From assembly GCA_028534125.1 (NCBI GenBank), contig CM052832.1, forward strand, positions 5,768,001 to 5,832,000: a DNA stretch of 64,000 nt. The letters run 5' to 3'. Position 1 is the first letter of the stretch. Each line of letters opens with the position of its first letter. The notes beneath the pieces were generated by a model. That model saw only the letters and a program-made list of their open reading frames with translations, was not told where the DNA came from and ran no database searches. Shown here in pieces: positions 12,255 to 23,812 of this stretch. The position numbers were made by a program, and so were the translations under genes. The DNA comes from Lama glama. Its lineage: Eukaryota.

Positions 12255-12569
12255 CCTTAACATGTACTGTGTGCCTGGCACAGTGTGTGTCCAGACTACC
12301 GAGAACATGAGGAAGAGGGAAATTTGCCTTGCAGGGAAAACAGACAGGTAAACAGACATTGTATTAATAATTTAAAATAAATAAATCTGCACAGCACAGC
12401 ATCCTAGTCTGTAGAATCAAGATTTCTGGCATCTGAAAAGCCCTAAAAAGCAATTTAAATGCCTACTGAAGACTTTCACCAAAGTGCCAAAAGGAAATTA
12501 TATAGGAAAAGTTAGAAAATGTATTTGTTTTATTTTCTTTTCCATGTTCCGAATCGGATGATACTTGCC

Positions 12570-12936
12570 TGTTATGGACTGAATGTTTTTGTCCCCTCAA
12601 AATTCCTGTGCTGAAATTCTATAATCCGATATGATGGTGTTAGGTGGGGGGACCTTTGGGGGGTAATTTGTTCTAAAGGAGGTCACGAGGGTGGAGCTCT
12701 CATTCATGGGATTAGCGTCCTTATAAGAGTCACAGAGAGCCTGCTCTTGGCCGTGTGAGGTTACAATGAGAAAGCAGCCTTCTGCAGCCCGGAAGAGGGT
12801 GCTCACCAGAGCTCGGCCCAGCTGGCTCCCTGATCTCAGGCTTCCAACCTCCAGAACTGTGAGAAATATGTTTCTAATGTTTATCAGCCACCCTGTTCAT
12901 GGCACTTGGTTGTAGGAACCTGAACAGACTGAGGCA
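12570..12936 (+). mobile_element. MLT1A/B-type ERVL-MaLR solo LTR
   Basis: TGttatggactgaatgtttttgtcccctcaaaattc...ctccagaactgtgagaaata...acagactgaggCA. 5-bp TSD ttgcc (12565-12569) / ctgcc (12937-12941), one mismatch. Confidence 0.9.
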
Positions 12937-13194
12937 CTGCCTTAAACCTTCCATTGTAGACCGCCCAGATCTCAGAACTTTCTGAAACAGTATCTCAAAA
13001 CTCATCCACGCTGACTTTTTCTCGCCTTTGTATTCTCTCCTCTCTTCACCTCATTTTGGGATGCTGTCTTTTTTTCCTAGAAAGGGGCTAGGTCTTGATC
13101 TGGCAGCGAAAATCAATCTAGCTTTCATGGGCTTTCCCTAAACCAGTCACAGGCCAGACCACCCCCAGTCATTCTGATACACTCAGCCTTGGCA

Positions 13195-13660
13195 TTGTCT
13201 TCATGCACTTTGCAAAGAAACATAGTTATTTCCCTGTTTGTGTGTTTTCCTTACTGACTTGTTCATTGTCTGCCTGCTGTCCAGAATTTAATTACCAAGA
13301 ATGAAGACCCTCGGCCTTTCACTTGACTGCTAGAGCTTTGCAGTGTAGGCTCCATGACATTCCGTTGGATGCACGGGCTGCAGGGAACTCAGTGCGCATG
13401 GAGCGAGGGTGAAGAAGGGAGAGTGGTGAGAAATGCAGCCGGAGAAACAAAGTTCTAGGAATAAGCAAGGCGAGACCTGGGTTTAGCCTGGACCCTTAGG
13501 AATGTGTGGACCCATCGGGAGACAGAAGCAGAGCCGCTGTGTTCAGAACATCTCTCCATGTCAAAGGACCATATAAGATGCTGTGAAGAGAAAGGATTAG
13601 ATGGCAGCCACATTGAAGACAAGACCCCAGTTAGGAGAATATTCTAGAAATCCAGGCCAA
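13195..13660. mobile_element. Degraded L2 fragments (opposite orientations)
   Basis: Sense-like L2 3' segment (ttgttcattgtctgcctgc...) followed by a purine-rich antisense-like L2 segment (gggagagtggtgagaaatgcagccggaga...ccagttaggagaatattctagaaatccagg). Confidence 0.4.
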
Positions 13661-14479
13661 CAAGAAAGAAATAGAGAAACTGGGACTGATACCAGCTCCT
13701 TCTCTTGTGTTGATATTTTCTGTTTCCTGTGTTAAAGATAAAATTGTAAATTTCTATAATTTTCATGATATAAAAGTTAAGAGAGACGTGACCTCAGGGA
13801 GGAGAGAGAAAGGAAAACATTTAGGGAAGAATCTTTGTAATGTATTTCTTAGGCTGAGTGAGGTGTATACAAGTGTTATGTTTTATTTATTTTTTTTAAA
13901 TGAACACATATGATATACATGCCAAGAATATTTTTAAAGAAAATTATACTTCTCAAATTAGGAACTATAAACTTTCACCTGAAAGGTGAATTCTTAGAAC
14001 ATTCATTTTCCTTAAAGATGTTTAAAACAGTTTACCATTATTCAGCTACTCAGTCTTGCACCTAACAATCATGGTAAAACATTGCTGCTCGCTTTCCATG
14101 GAAGACACGGTCCACTTTTCCTATCACCCATTTTGTGTCATTGCCTTGTAGAGATGAATAGATTCTGTCACCTTTAGATTTGTCATTTTGCTTTTATTAC
14201 CTGCTTAACATCTTCCTGTCCTGATGATTCCTGCTGAATACATGACCCTCCGTTCATCCACATTTTCAAACGGCTTCTGGGTCGATCTCCTTTTCCAGAC
14301 TTTAAGCCGATGGAAACAAGAATGAATGGAAAGAGGGACAATAAAGAGGAGACGAAGGAAGGAGCAAGAAGAGCTGGTGGATTCCCACTTATCTTCCTTT
14401 GTGTCAGGGAGGGCTCTGACCCCATCGCTTAGACCAAGTCAGAATTTTCTGGCACGTTCTTGTTGAATTCTGCATTACC

Positions 14480-14660
14480 CTACCCCGACTAGCACATCAT
14501 ATCTTATTATAATTGCTCAGTGCCTTTTTGCGCCCACTAAACTGTAGGCATCATGAAGTGAAGAACAGGTTTGCCTTATTCGCCACTGTATTTCCGGAGT
14601 CCAGCTCAGTGTTTGGCCAAGAGTAGGTCTTCAGTGCATGTTTGTTGAATGAATGAATGG
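14480..14660 (+). mobile_element. L2 3' end
   Basis: cccactaaactgtaggcatcatgaagtgaagaac...ttcgccactgtatttccggagtccagctcagtgtttggcc...tgtttgttgaatgaatgaatgg. Confidence 0.8.
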
Positions 14661-14802
14661 ACAAGATAGATGCTCCCAAGTTTCATCAGCAGCCGTACCT
14701 GCCATTACAGCCGTCTGAGAGGAGCAGGAGGGCCCCTGTCCTTTGCCTCCCCTCCCTCCTTTTCTCTGTGCTTGCTAGTTAAATGTAAGTCCCCCAGAAG
14801 GG

Positions 14803-15518
14803 TTTTTTAGTTGAAGTATAGTTAATTTACAATATCCTGTTCTTCGGGTGTACAGCATAGGGATTCAGTATTTTTGTAGATTATATTCCATCCTAGCTTT
14901 TTACAGGATAATGGGTGTAATTCCCTGTGCTATACAGTACATCCTTGCTTGCTTATCTGTTTTTTATGTCATAGTTTGTTAATTCCATACCCCTAATAGG
15001 TTCCTTCCCTCTTCCCTCTCCCCATAGGGAACCACTAGTTTGTTTGCTGTATCTGGGTCTGCTTCTGTTTTTCATGTACATTTATTGTATTATTTTTTAG
15101 ATTCCACATATAAGTGATATCATACAGTATTTGTCTTTACCTGGCTTATTTCCCTGGGCAGAATATTCTCTAGGTCCATCTGTGCTGCTGCAAATGGCAG
15201 TATTTCATTCTTTTTGTGGCTGAGTGTATCTGTACCATATCTCCTCAATCCAATTGTCCACTGATGGACGCTTGGGTTGCTTGCATATCTTGGCTATTGC
15301 AAATAGTGCTGCTATGAACATTGGGGTGGGTGTACTTTTTCGAATTAGTGATGGCTCTAGTTCTGTGAAAAATGCCCTGGGTATTTTGATAGAGATTGCA
15401 CTGATTCTGTAGATTGCTTTCAGTAGGAAATCCATTTTAACAATATGAATTCTTCCAATCTAAGAGCACAGGATATCTTTCTGTTTCTTTGTGTCATGTT
15501 TTATAGTTTTCAGAGTAT
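14803..15518 (-). mobile_element. L1 3' fragment with internal ORF2 deletion
   Basis: Poly-T plus L1 3'UTR. The ORF track at 15205-15435 gives KAIYRISAISIKIPRAFFTELE fused to TPMFIAALFAIAKICKQPKRPSVDNWIEEIWY, two L1 ORF2p motifs that are normally far apart. Confidence 0.9.
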
Positions 15519-16282
15519 AATAGAGACATGTCTAGCCCATTCTTAGGTCAAAAGCCTACATTAAAGATTAACCATGTGCTTTAATGGGTCATTAAACTAG
15601 GTAATTTTGGAGGAATAATTATTGTCATCAGGCGTGCTGTTAATTTTTTTTTTGTCATTTATTTTTCAAGGGCATTTTTTAATATCGTATTCATCTGCTG
15701 TAATTAATTATGTCAGAGATGGACTGGGAATGCTGCCATGTTATTTTCATTGGTCTAACTGATTAGGATTTTCCTTATTTTTGCAAAATAAAATTTGGGA
15801 GACTTGGATTTTTAATGGTACAGTTATAGTAGGCTTTACCTCAGTCCTTAATTGATTTCCATAAACCACTGTGCTGTGTGTTTGCTCCAGCTGCAGCCCT
15901 ATATTTTAATTTTAGCCCTTGAAGTTATTATTGTAGAAACACGGAGCTATGAAATGTTGCAATTGGAAGGTTCTTTTGAGATAATCTAGCCCTACTCTCT
16001 CGTTTTATTTATTGCTACCCAGCTCTGCCAATCCCTTTCTGAACTATGTGCAAGAGTAAGTTTGTTTCTAAATACTGATAATTTCTGGGGGTCAAGATTT
16101 CTAGCCCAACATCAAGAACTTTTTTAAAAAGAAGTGTATAGAAAATATTTATTACTAATAAAAAGAAATATCTCTCTGAGATATTTATGATTCTGAAAGT
16201 TTGACAAGATAAGGGGTTAGGGGCTTTGTAGCCAGAAGGAACTGTATTCAGACACCTAATTTGTAACTATAACAATCTAAAC

Positions 16283-16486
16283 CAGGAGAAGGCAAACTTC
16301 CCTGCAGGGTCAGATTGTAAATACTTTAGGTCTTGCAACTCCTCTCTTTAGCAAATACTGTGCTTCGCTCTGTCTTTGCAGCTGAAAGTAACCACAGACA
16401 ATGCATAAATGAATGACCTTGGCTGTGTTCCAATAAAATTTTATTTACAAAAACAAGCAGCAGACTGGATTTGGCCTGAAGCCTGA
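16283..16486. mobile_element. MER58A (hAT-Charlie)
   Basis: caggagaaggcaaacttccctgcagggtcagattgtaaatactttagg...ggctgtgttccaataaaattttatttacaaaaacaagcagcagactggatttggcc. Confidence 0.85.
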
Positions 16487-18204
16487 TAAACTGATAAATT
16501 GTCATTTTCCAGGTATATAAGCTTAAGAAATTTACTTAAATGTAAGCACTTTAATTACTTTTATTTTAATACATTTAATTACTTTAATACATTTAACTAT
16601 TCCAGATTTTGAGGCCCCACATTAAGAACTGCACACACAGTAAAAAACCATAGTAGTCATTTAGCAAATGTTAGTTGAATGAATGAATGAGGGTATGTTT
16701 AGGAAAACTCTGGAAGATCACAAAAATAAAGAAATTTTGTGCATAATCACCAAAGAATAAAAAATATCTACAGACTTTTACTTTCTTTACAAACGTTACA
16801 TTAAGCATGTACAACACTGTATGATGTGAATCTCAGATTTGCACTTGTGAGTATTTTAAATTTACAAAAAATCTGAGGCCTTTGCAGTCCTCAATCTGAG
16901 ATTTTGCCCCAAATGGTTAGTATTAGGAAATTAGGCATGCCCTAAAGATGCATCTTGATAAATTACTGTTATCTGCATTCAGTTAGATAGAAATGGGACT
17001 GATTAATGAAATTTCTCTCATGAAACTCTGCGTAAAAAAAATGAATCCACAAGCAAGTTGCAAACTGCAATCACAAGCTTCCGGACTGTCAGAACGCTAT
17101 GTTAATATAAACACCTGGGAAAATACTTTTCAGATTATCTGACATATTCTTCCTAAACTTCTCGACTGATTACTGAGACACGAAGGAACCAGAGGGAAAT
17201 TTTTTTTTAATACCTGAGGGAAAAAACAAGACAGAGATTATTTTTTCCTTCTTTCTCCCTTGGGTGGCATCTGCCAAGTAACAAAAAGTGTGTCTCACTT
17301 TGCAAAGCTGAGCAAGATCTGCAAGGAAAATCACAGAAGGAGAAACACTGGTTTGCTGGGAAATAAGGCAGCCTGCTTTTTGAAACCACATTTTCCCCAA
17401 CTGGAACTTGCAGGTGTAAGTCTGTGCCTGACAGTTAGGGCAACCTTGGCAACCTTCACCAGCTGTGACAAGAGCAACAGAGAAAGATCATCGTGACCCT
17501 GCAGCTTACATTGTCTGTCCTTGAAGCTGTTTTGTGTTATTGTTTTGAGGTTTTTTTTTTTAATTGTGTTGTGGTTTGCTCTTCTCTATTCTCACTGCAG
17601 TCCCTGAAAATGTATGAAGGACAATGACTGCATACTGATGGGTTATTATGAGGTAGAAAACTTATTTTTCTTTAAATATAGAAACAAAGAGTTCTGTCCT
17701 TTTCAAGCTATTCTGAGAGGCTGTGAGCTTATGTCAGTGGCAGTGCCGTGGTCCAGGATGCATTCGCAGCCGCCCAGTTGGAATCCTTTTGGATTCTCTG
17801 CAACACTGTTTTGAACCTTTTTGGAGGGGAGCAGTGCTTTACCCTTTGAGAGTGTGTTTGATTTTTGTATAAACAGTCCTGAGTCATTCAGAACAAAAGC
17901 ATAGGAGCCAGGTGAGTGGCCAAGTTGCAAAACAGTTTTTCATCCAAAGCTGAGATGGACTGTTGGGGAGCGATCTGTACTGGGGCTCGGGAGCTTCCCT
18001 CACCGGGAAGCGGAAGAGACCAGGGTCGGAAATCGCAGTTTTCTAATGTGGCTCCTAGTCAGGGTGTCAACAGAGTTTCAAAACTGCCCACAGTCCAGGA
18101 ATGTGTTGAGCATTGGAATTAGTGCCTAACTTCCCAAGCAGAACCCCTTTAAGGGAACGTTCATACATGTATTTTTTAATTAATTTTTTTTGGCAAAAAT
18201 CATC

Positions 18205-18350
18205 TGTTACTAACCATGTGCCATTCCTTATGCTACAAATTTCACACACTAAGCCGCATAACCCTAGGAGGTGGGTACTGTCATCAACTCCATTTTATAG
18301 ACAAAGAGAACTGAGGTCAAATAACTTATTCAAGGTCAAACAACTAGTGT
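18205..18350 (-). mobile_element. MIR SINE
   Basis: Core: aaccctaggaggtgggtactgtcatcaactccattttatagacaaagagaactgagg...ttattcaaggtcaaacaactagt. Confidence 0.75.
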
Positions 18351-18514
18351 TGGGATTTAATTATCTTGTACTCGGTTCAGCTCCGAAGCATTTAGTATGT
18401 GTCTCCGGAGCGTGGGTTTGACTACTTTACAGCTGTGCCCCCTAGGAGACTAACTGCATCATGGATGCCTGCAGTGAACCTTTGTGTCCCACTTCTTGTC
18501 CTTCCCCCAGTCCA

Positions 18515-18935
18515 GGTATATCAGACAAGTTCCATCAAGAAAATGCGTACTTGCAGCCAGAAGAGAGTTAACACAGGGAATTGGGAGCCTCAGAAGCATC
18601 AGAAGGGCTGGAGGACCAAGGACAGGGAAGGGCTCTGCAAGCCTTCAGGAAGCCAGGTGTCCACCTGCAGATGCACCAGCAGCGTCCGCGGCTGCCTCCG
18701 TACTGCAAATCTCGCATCTGCCAAAGCACACGTGACTTTTGCATCTTCTGGAAGAACGCAAGTGTGTCTTCTGCTTTTCCCCTACCTTCCAGACATCTTG
18801 AAAGTGTCTGATTGGTAGACGTTAATCAGCAAATCCTGCTGGTAAAGGTTCTGGAAAAGCTAGCTTCCATGTGCGTAGCTCCTGCCTTACAAGGGAGAGC
18901 TCAGAGGGCACGGTGGTGCTAGTTGCCACAGACGG
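18515..18935 (-). mobile_element. Ancient ERVL-MaLR (MLT1K/L/M-like) LTR remnant
   Basis: ttaacacagggaattggg... and ccttccagacatcttgaaagtgtctgattggtagacgttaatcagcaaatcctgctggtaaaggttctggaaaagctagctt resemble old MLT1 LTRs. Confidence 0.45.
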
Positions 18936-20239
18936 TCCTGTTGGAAGTCGGGGAAAGTTTGTTCCAGTTCAACTGATATTATGGTTCACTAGGCAGACCA
19001 GATAATGAAAGGTCTGTGCGTTAGCCTCGGTGCAGAGAATCAATATTTGTTCGTTATTTGTTGTGGACCAGCAATAGAACAGCCACCACGGGAGATATTA
19101 GACTTACAACCACCTTCCATATTTTAATATTGATTTGACTGTGAGCCTGGAATGGCCAATTCCTCCCTCTTTAAATCCGATAGAGAACCGTATGAGTCCT
19201 GATCCTGAGCAGGAGTGAGTAAACAGAAGGGAAAGAAAAATGGGAACATGTAAATTGGTTTTTCTCTTCCCTTATTCTCTGTGTCACTGCTTTTAAGCCA
19301 CATTTTCAAAGTGCTGTTTCTCATATAAAAAAAGCACAGTAAAGTGGCAAAGGGAAATGCCTGTTTTTACCAGCTTTTAAAGAGCGTGGAAGTTAAGGCT
19401 TTAAGTATTTATGGCTTTAATTTTAGGCTCAGAAGCAATACAGTGACCTAGAAAGGCTAATACTTTATGGTATAAAGTTTGAAAAATATTCAGCTGAATG
19501 ACTCTGGGGAACTCCCTCTGGAGATGAGAAAAAATCATTTGTTAAATTGCTTCTATCTCTCTCTCTCTCTGATTTTATTTGGAAAGTCAACCACTAGAGG
19601 ACCTATTTAGGCAACTTGGACCTCAAGCTTCGCTAAGAACCCACCTTATGCTTCTTCCTAATTACACTGCGTGGGTCACATGCAGGAAGTATGATATGGT
19701 AATAATTTAAACCCCATATACAGGCTAGTTACAATTTGTTACATTGTCGGGTGAGATTATATGATGACATTAAAGGTGCAGTGGAAATGTTTCCATAGAT
19801 TTCTGTATAGTTTCTTTTATGATTTTCCTTGTGGTCATGCATGAGATCCAAGACAAAAAGATTATGAAAAGAACTGTGGTCAAATCCATTTCTACACTGC
19901 ATGAGAGACCTTTGCAGAAATTAAACAATTATGATTATAAGAATAGCTTACGTCTGTAGAATGACAGTGTGTGATGTTACGTCGGTGTCCTTTACAACGT
20001 TCCTAGTTCAAAGGAATGAATGCCTAAATCCCCTAAAGTTCCATTTGCTATAAAATTCCAAATAATATTAAGAAAAGTATAAGGTTCCACATCAAACCAG
20101 AGGCAAAAGATGAACTTCAGGGCAAGACAGAAGATTTCAGGAGACCTCATTTAAACAAAGAACATGAGGAAATGAAGAAATAGCAGGGACAACTGTGTTG
20201 AGTCTAGTGAACACCACGTATCCACACTGCCCTGAGTTC

Positions 20240-20395
20240 TTGAGCATTTATTACCTCGCTTATCCTACCAACCACCTCGGCAGGTACATTTATTTGTAGC
20301 CCTACTTTACCGATGAAAAAACAGAGAAACAAAGAGGTGAACAACAGATCTGAGGTCACAGAGCTAATAAATGACCACTCTGACTCCAGATGCCT
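20240..20395 (-). mobile_element. MIR SINE
   Basis: tatcctaccaaccacctcggcaggtac...ctactttaccgatgaaaaaacagagaaacaaagaggtgaacaacagatctgaggtcacagagctaataaatg. Confidence 0.7.
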
Positions 20396-20624
20396 CCGTT
20401 GGAGTCACTGCTAAAGAGCAGAATGAAAAGATGAAACATTTGAAATGCATTGGAGTCAGATGACGCTCTCTGCGGCAGCTCACTGAGACTGTTTACCCCC
20501 AAACCCTGGGCCAGTCCCCCTCCTTTTTTTTCGGCAATTTTCGCTTTAGATTCAGTGTCACTCTCTCTCCATTTATTTACCTCTTAATTCTTGATTTCAG
20601 TGTACGTGTAGGGCATGTTTCCCA

Positions 20625-20778
20625 CAGGTAGTCCTCCAGCCAGTGACATCAACACCACCGAATTCTCAGGCCCCGCCTCAGACCAACTGAATTAAAATGT
20701 CTAGGAGTGGGGCCCAGCCATCCGGGTTCCAGTAACCCCTCCGTGGCATTCTGATACAGCTGAAATTGCACAACCCCT
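20625..20778. mobile_element. MER5A/B-like hAT-Charlie MITE
   Basis: aattctcaggccccgcctcagaccaactgaattaaaatgtctaggagtggggcccagccatccgggtt...ttctgatacagctgaaatt. Confidence 0.7.
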
Positions 20779-20859
20779 TCTGTGGGTGATCCACCCCCGA
20801 GGCCTCTGAGTTCCCTGAATCCCTCTCCTCCGGTGAGCTTCCTCCCCCAGCCTCAGGCA

Positions 20860-22915
20860 CTCCCTCCCCTGGCCGTCACCGAGGCTGCCCCAGTGCACGT
20901 CTCCTTAATCTCGGGGTCATGCGTTCACTCTCCAAACACCACCTGCGTCTCTCCAACCCACTCCTTCCTGGACCCTGAACTCTCTTTCTCCCCTGCCTTG
21001 ACCTCCGGCACATTGATTCCACCAGCTTGCACTGTCCCTCACCCCCATAGCCCCACTTCCTCCCCTTCCTAGTGTAAATCCCATGGTTAATGATTATAAT
21101 CACCCCCTTGGAAGATCCTCAGCTCCCTGGCCCTCTCTCATTTAGCCGAACTCACCTAGTAAAACTATAATCGTGGTTAAATCTAACTCTGCCTGCTCTG
21201 CGCCTGTACCTGTGTAGAATATGCCTGAAGAAAAATACACAAGCACACTGACCAGCCTCCCCTTAAATTCATGACCACACACCTGACGTTGTCGCAGATG
21301 CTGCCCGGCAGCCGTCCCCAAGCCACATGGCCCCACTCCCCTAGGTGACTCTCCTACCTTCTCCTCTCCCCTCAGAGACCCGACATCTTCCCCCATCTTC
21401 ACTTTCAACTGACGCCCTTCTTTATGTTTCACTGAGAAAATAGAAACATTCAGGAGGAAATATCTTGGGTCCATCATCTACCTTTTAGCATCTGCAGCCA
21501 CATGCTCTCCCTTCTCCCCCCTCCCACCCTGTTCTAAAGCCAGTCCCTCTGCTTCTTCACTAGGTTATTGCTCCTCAAGTGTGTTCCCTGGACCAGAAGC
21601 AATGGCATCACCTGAAAGATGACTCATCATACAGAATCTCAGGCCCCATCATTCCACCAAACAACCCTTGTCCCGTCTCCACTGACCCGAACCCAGTGGT
21701 TAATTCTCAGTCCTCATCTTTCTCAATCTATTAGCATTATTTTGTAGTTGGTCAGTCCCTCCTCTTTGCCCATCAATTCTCTTTCCTGGTTTTTGTTGCA
21801 GTGCTGTGTTTGGCTCCTTCTCAATCTCTTCTGCAGGTTCCCTTTCTTCTTCGCACCTTCTTACAGTCAGAGTGTCCTGGGCTCAGTTTTTGGTCATCTT
21901 CTTCATATACATTTACTTTTTCAGTGATTTAATACAGTCCCTTGGCTTTAAATACAAACTATGTGCTAAAAACTCTCAAATGTGTATCTCCAGCCCAGAC
22001 GTCCAGACATCTATCCTTGACCCCAAGTGTGTCCTGAGGCTCGTGTACCCAACAGCCATTTGGTGCCTAACAGACATCTCAAACCCTGTGTGTACAAAAC
22101 AGAACTCCCGACCTTCCCCCACAAACCTGCTTTACCTACCGCCTCCCCTATCTAACTCTTCTTCTCTCACACAATCCATTAGGACATCATATTAATTCTA
22201 TCTCCAACTATGCCCAGACTCGCCCTCCCCACTGTTCCCGTGCTGGTCCAGGCCATTGTTATTTTTCGTGGTGACGCTCTAATGGACTCCTAAGGAGAAC
22301 CTCCCTACTTCCACTCGTGCCCCACTACAGTCCACCATCAAAAAGCAGCCAGAGTCATTCTTTTAAAACTCCAGTCCTATCATGCTTTTCCTTGGCTCAA
22401 AACCCGGTAGTGTGTTCTGAGCCTACTCAGAGGAGAACCCAGAGTTCTCCCAGGGGCTGCAAAGTGTCCCATGACCTGGTCGCATGGTCACTGTGAAGCT
22501 TCCTACAACTCCCGTTGCTCACTCTGCAGCAGGCAGATGGGTTTTCTTGGGGGTTTTTTGACCAGACTCGCCATTGTCTAGAGCCGTTACTCCAACTGCT
22601 CCTTCTGCCTGAAATGCTGTCCTGCTTGATTCACTCACCTCCTTAGACCGACCCCGACCACTTCCAGTTAAGACTGGAGCCTCTTTCAGCCACTCGTCTA
22701 TCCTCTTCTGTTCTTTTTCCGTTGCACGCATCCTATTCTGACATACTAGGTATTTCACTTATTATTTCTATTTATAGTTTAGTCTCCTTTTTACCAGCTA
22801 GAGTGCAGCCTGTAGAGGGACAAGGATCTTCGGTTGGTTGATGTGCCCTAACTGCTTAGAACAGCGTCTGGTACATACAAGCAGACGCCTGATGGAGACC
22901 TGAGTGACCGGGTGA
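20860..22915 (+). mobile_element. Long L2 LINE remnant (ORF2 3' region to 3' end)
   Basis: Pyrimidine-rich L2 hallmarks throughout (ttcactgagaaaatagaaac, tctcagtcctcatctttctcaatctattagca, ggctttaaatac...tctccagcccagac, gcagccagagtcattcttttaaaac, tctgcctgaaatgct, agagggacaaggatc...cttagaacagcgtctggtacata). Confidence 0.8.
21565..21650. mobile_element. MER5-like fragment nested in L2
   Basis: ctcctcaagtgtgttccctggaccagaagcaatggcatcacctgaaag...cagaatctcaggcccc. Confidence 0.65.
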
Positions 22916-22984
22916 GAGGACGGATCACGTGCTTGTGCCTTGTAGATGCGACTTGAAAAAACACCAAAGAGCAGGAGGAAGAGC

Positions 22985-23155
22985 ATCAGCCTGGAAGCCA
23001 GGCCAGGTCTGGATTTGCCATTAGTACTTGTGACCTTGGACAAGTCACTGAAACATTCTCAGCCTCAGGTTCCGTGCCTATCAAGGGAGAATTACAATAT
23101 CTATTTTTTCAGGGTTTTTTGAGATAATGTTTGAGGAAATGCTTGGAAAGCATTA
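22985..23155 (+). mobile_element. MIR SINE
   Basis: ccattagtacttgtgaccttggacaagtcactgaaacattctcagcctcaggttccgtgcctatcaagggagaattacaat. Confidence 0.75.
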
Positions 23156-23169
23156 AGTGTTTTGGAAAC

Positions 23170-23280
23170 AAGGGACCATATAATTTAATCCAAACTGAGG
23201 TACTTTTGACTGTGAAAGGGGGCATTCTTAATAATTATAATCAAAGTGTCTAATGCAAACCAGGATGTAGTCATCTTATA
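23170..23280. mobile_element. MER94-like (hAT-Blackjack) MITE
   Basis: agggaccatataatttaatccaaactgaggtacttttgactgtgaaagggggcattcttaataatta...gcaaaccaggatgtagtcatctta. Confidence 0.7.
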
Positions 23281-23284
23281 TGTA

Positions 23285-23812
23285 TCAAATTCATTTGATT
23301 TCCCCTTCAAAATATGTATCTGGAATCTCATCATTTCTATCACCACTGCCATTACTACCTTAGTTCAAGCCATCATCCTTTTTCACCTGGACACTGCAAT
23401 AGCCTCCTGTCTTATCCTCTCTGCTTCCCTGTAAAGTGTCCTCCCCTGCTCACCCTGAACGATGCCATTAAATGTAAATCAGGTCAAGTCACTCCTCTGC
23501 TTCAAATGATCCAGGGACTTTGCCTCTCACTCATGACAAGACCCCAACTACTTAGCTTGGCCTACGTGATCCATTATATCACTGACCTTCTCTCCATGAC
23601 TGCCTCCTTTATCCGCTTCGTTAGCTTTATTTTTCTCCATAGCATCTATCATTACCTAACATTACATGTTTTGTATATCCTTACTTCTTGTCTGTCTCCC
23701 CCATTGGAATGTAACATCCATAAGAGTGAGAACTGTTCTTTTTCTGTTGCTCTGTCCCAGCACCTAAACCCATGTCTAGCACCTAATCGGCAATCTATAT
23801 ATTTGTTGAATA
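23285..23812 (+). mobile_element. L2 3' region
   Basis: caccactgccattactaccttagttcaagccatcatcc...cacctggacactgcaatagcctcct...tgtctcccccattggaatgtaac...atatttgttgaataa. Confidence 0.8.

Noticed and set aside
16550..16600. Short tandem duplication of tttaatacatttaa (others at 7870-7908 and 25043-25062)
   Set aside because: Ordinary slippage duplications in AT-rich DNA; not a spaced array.
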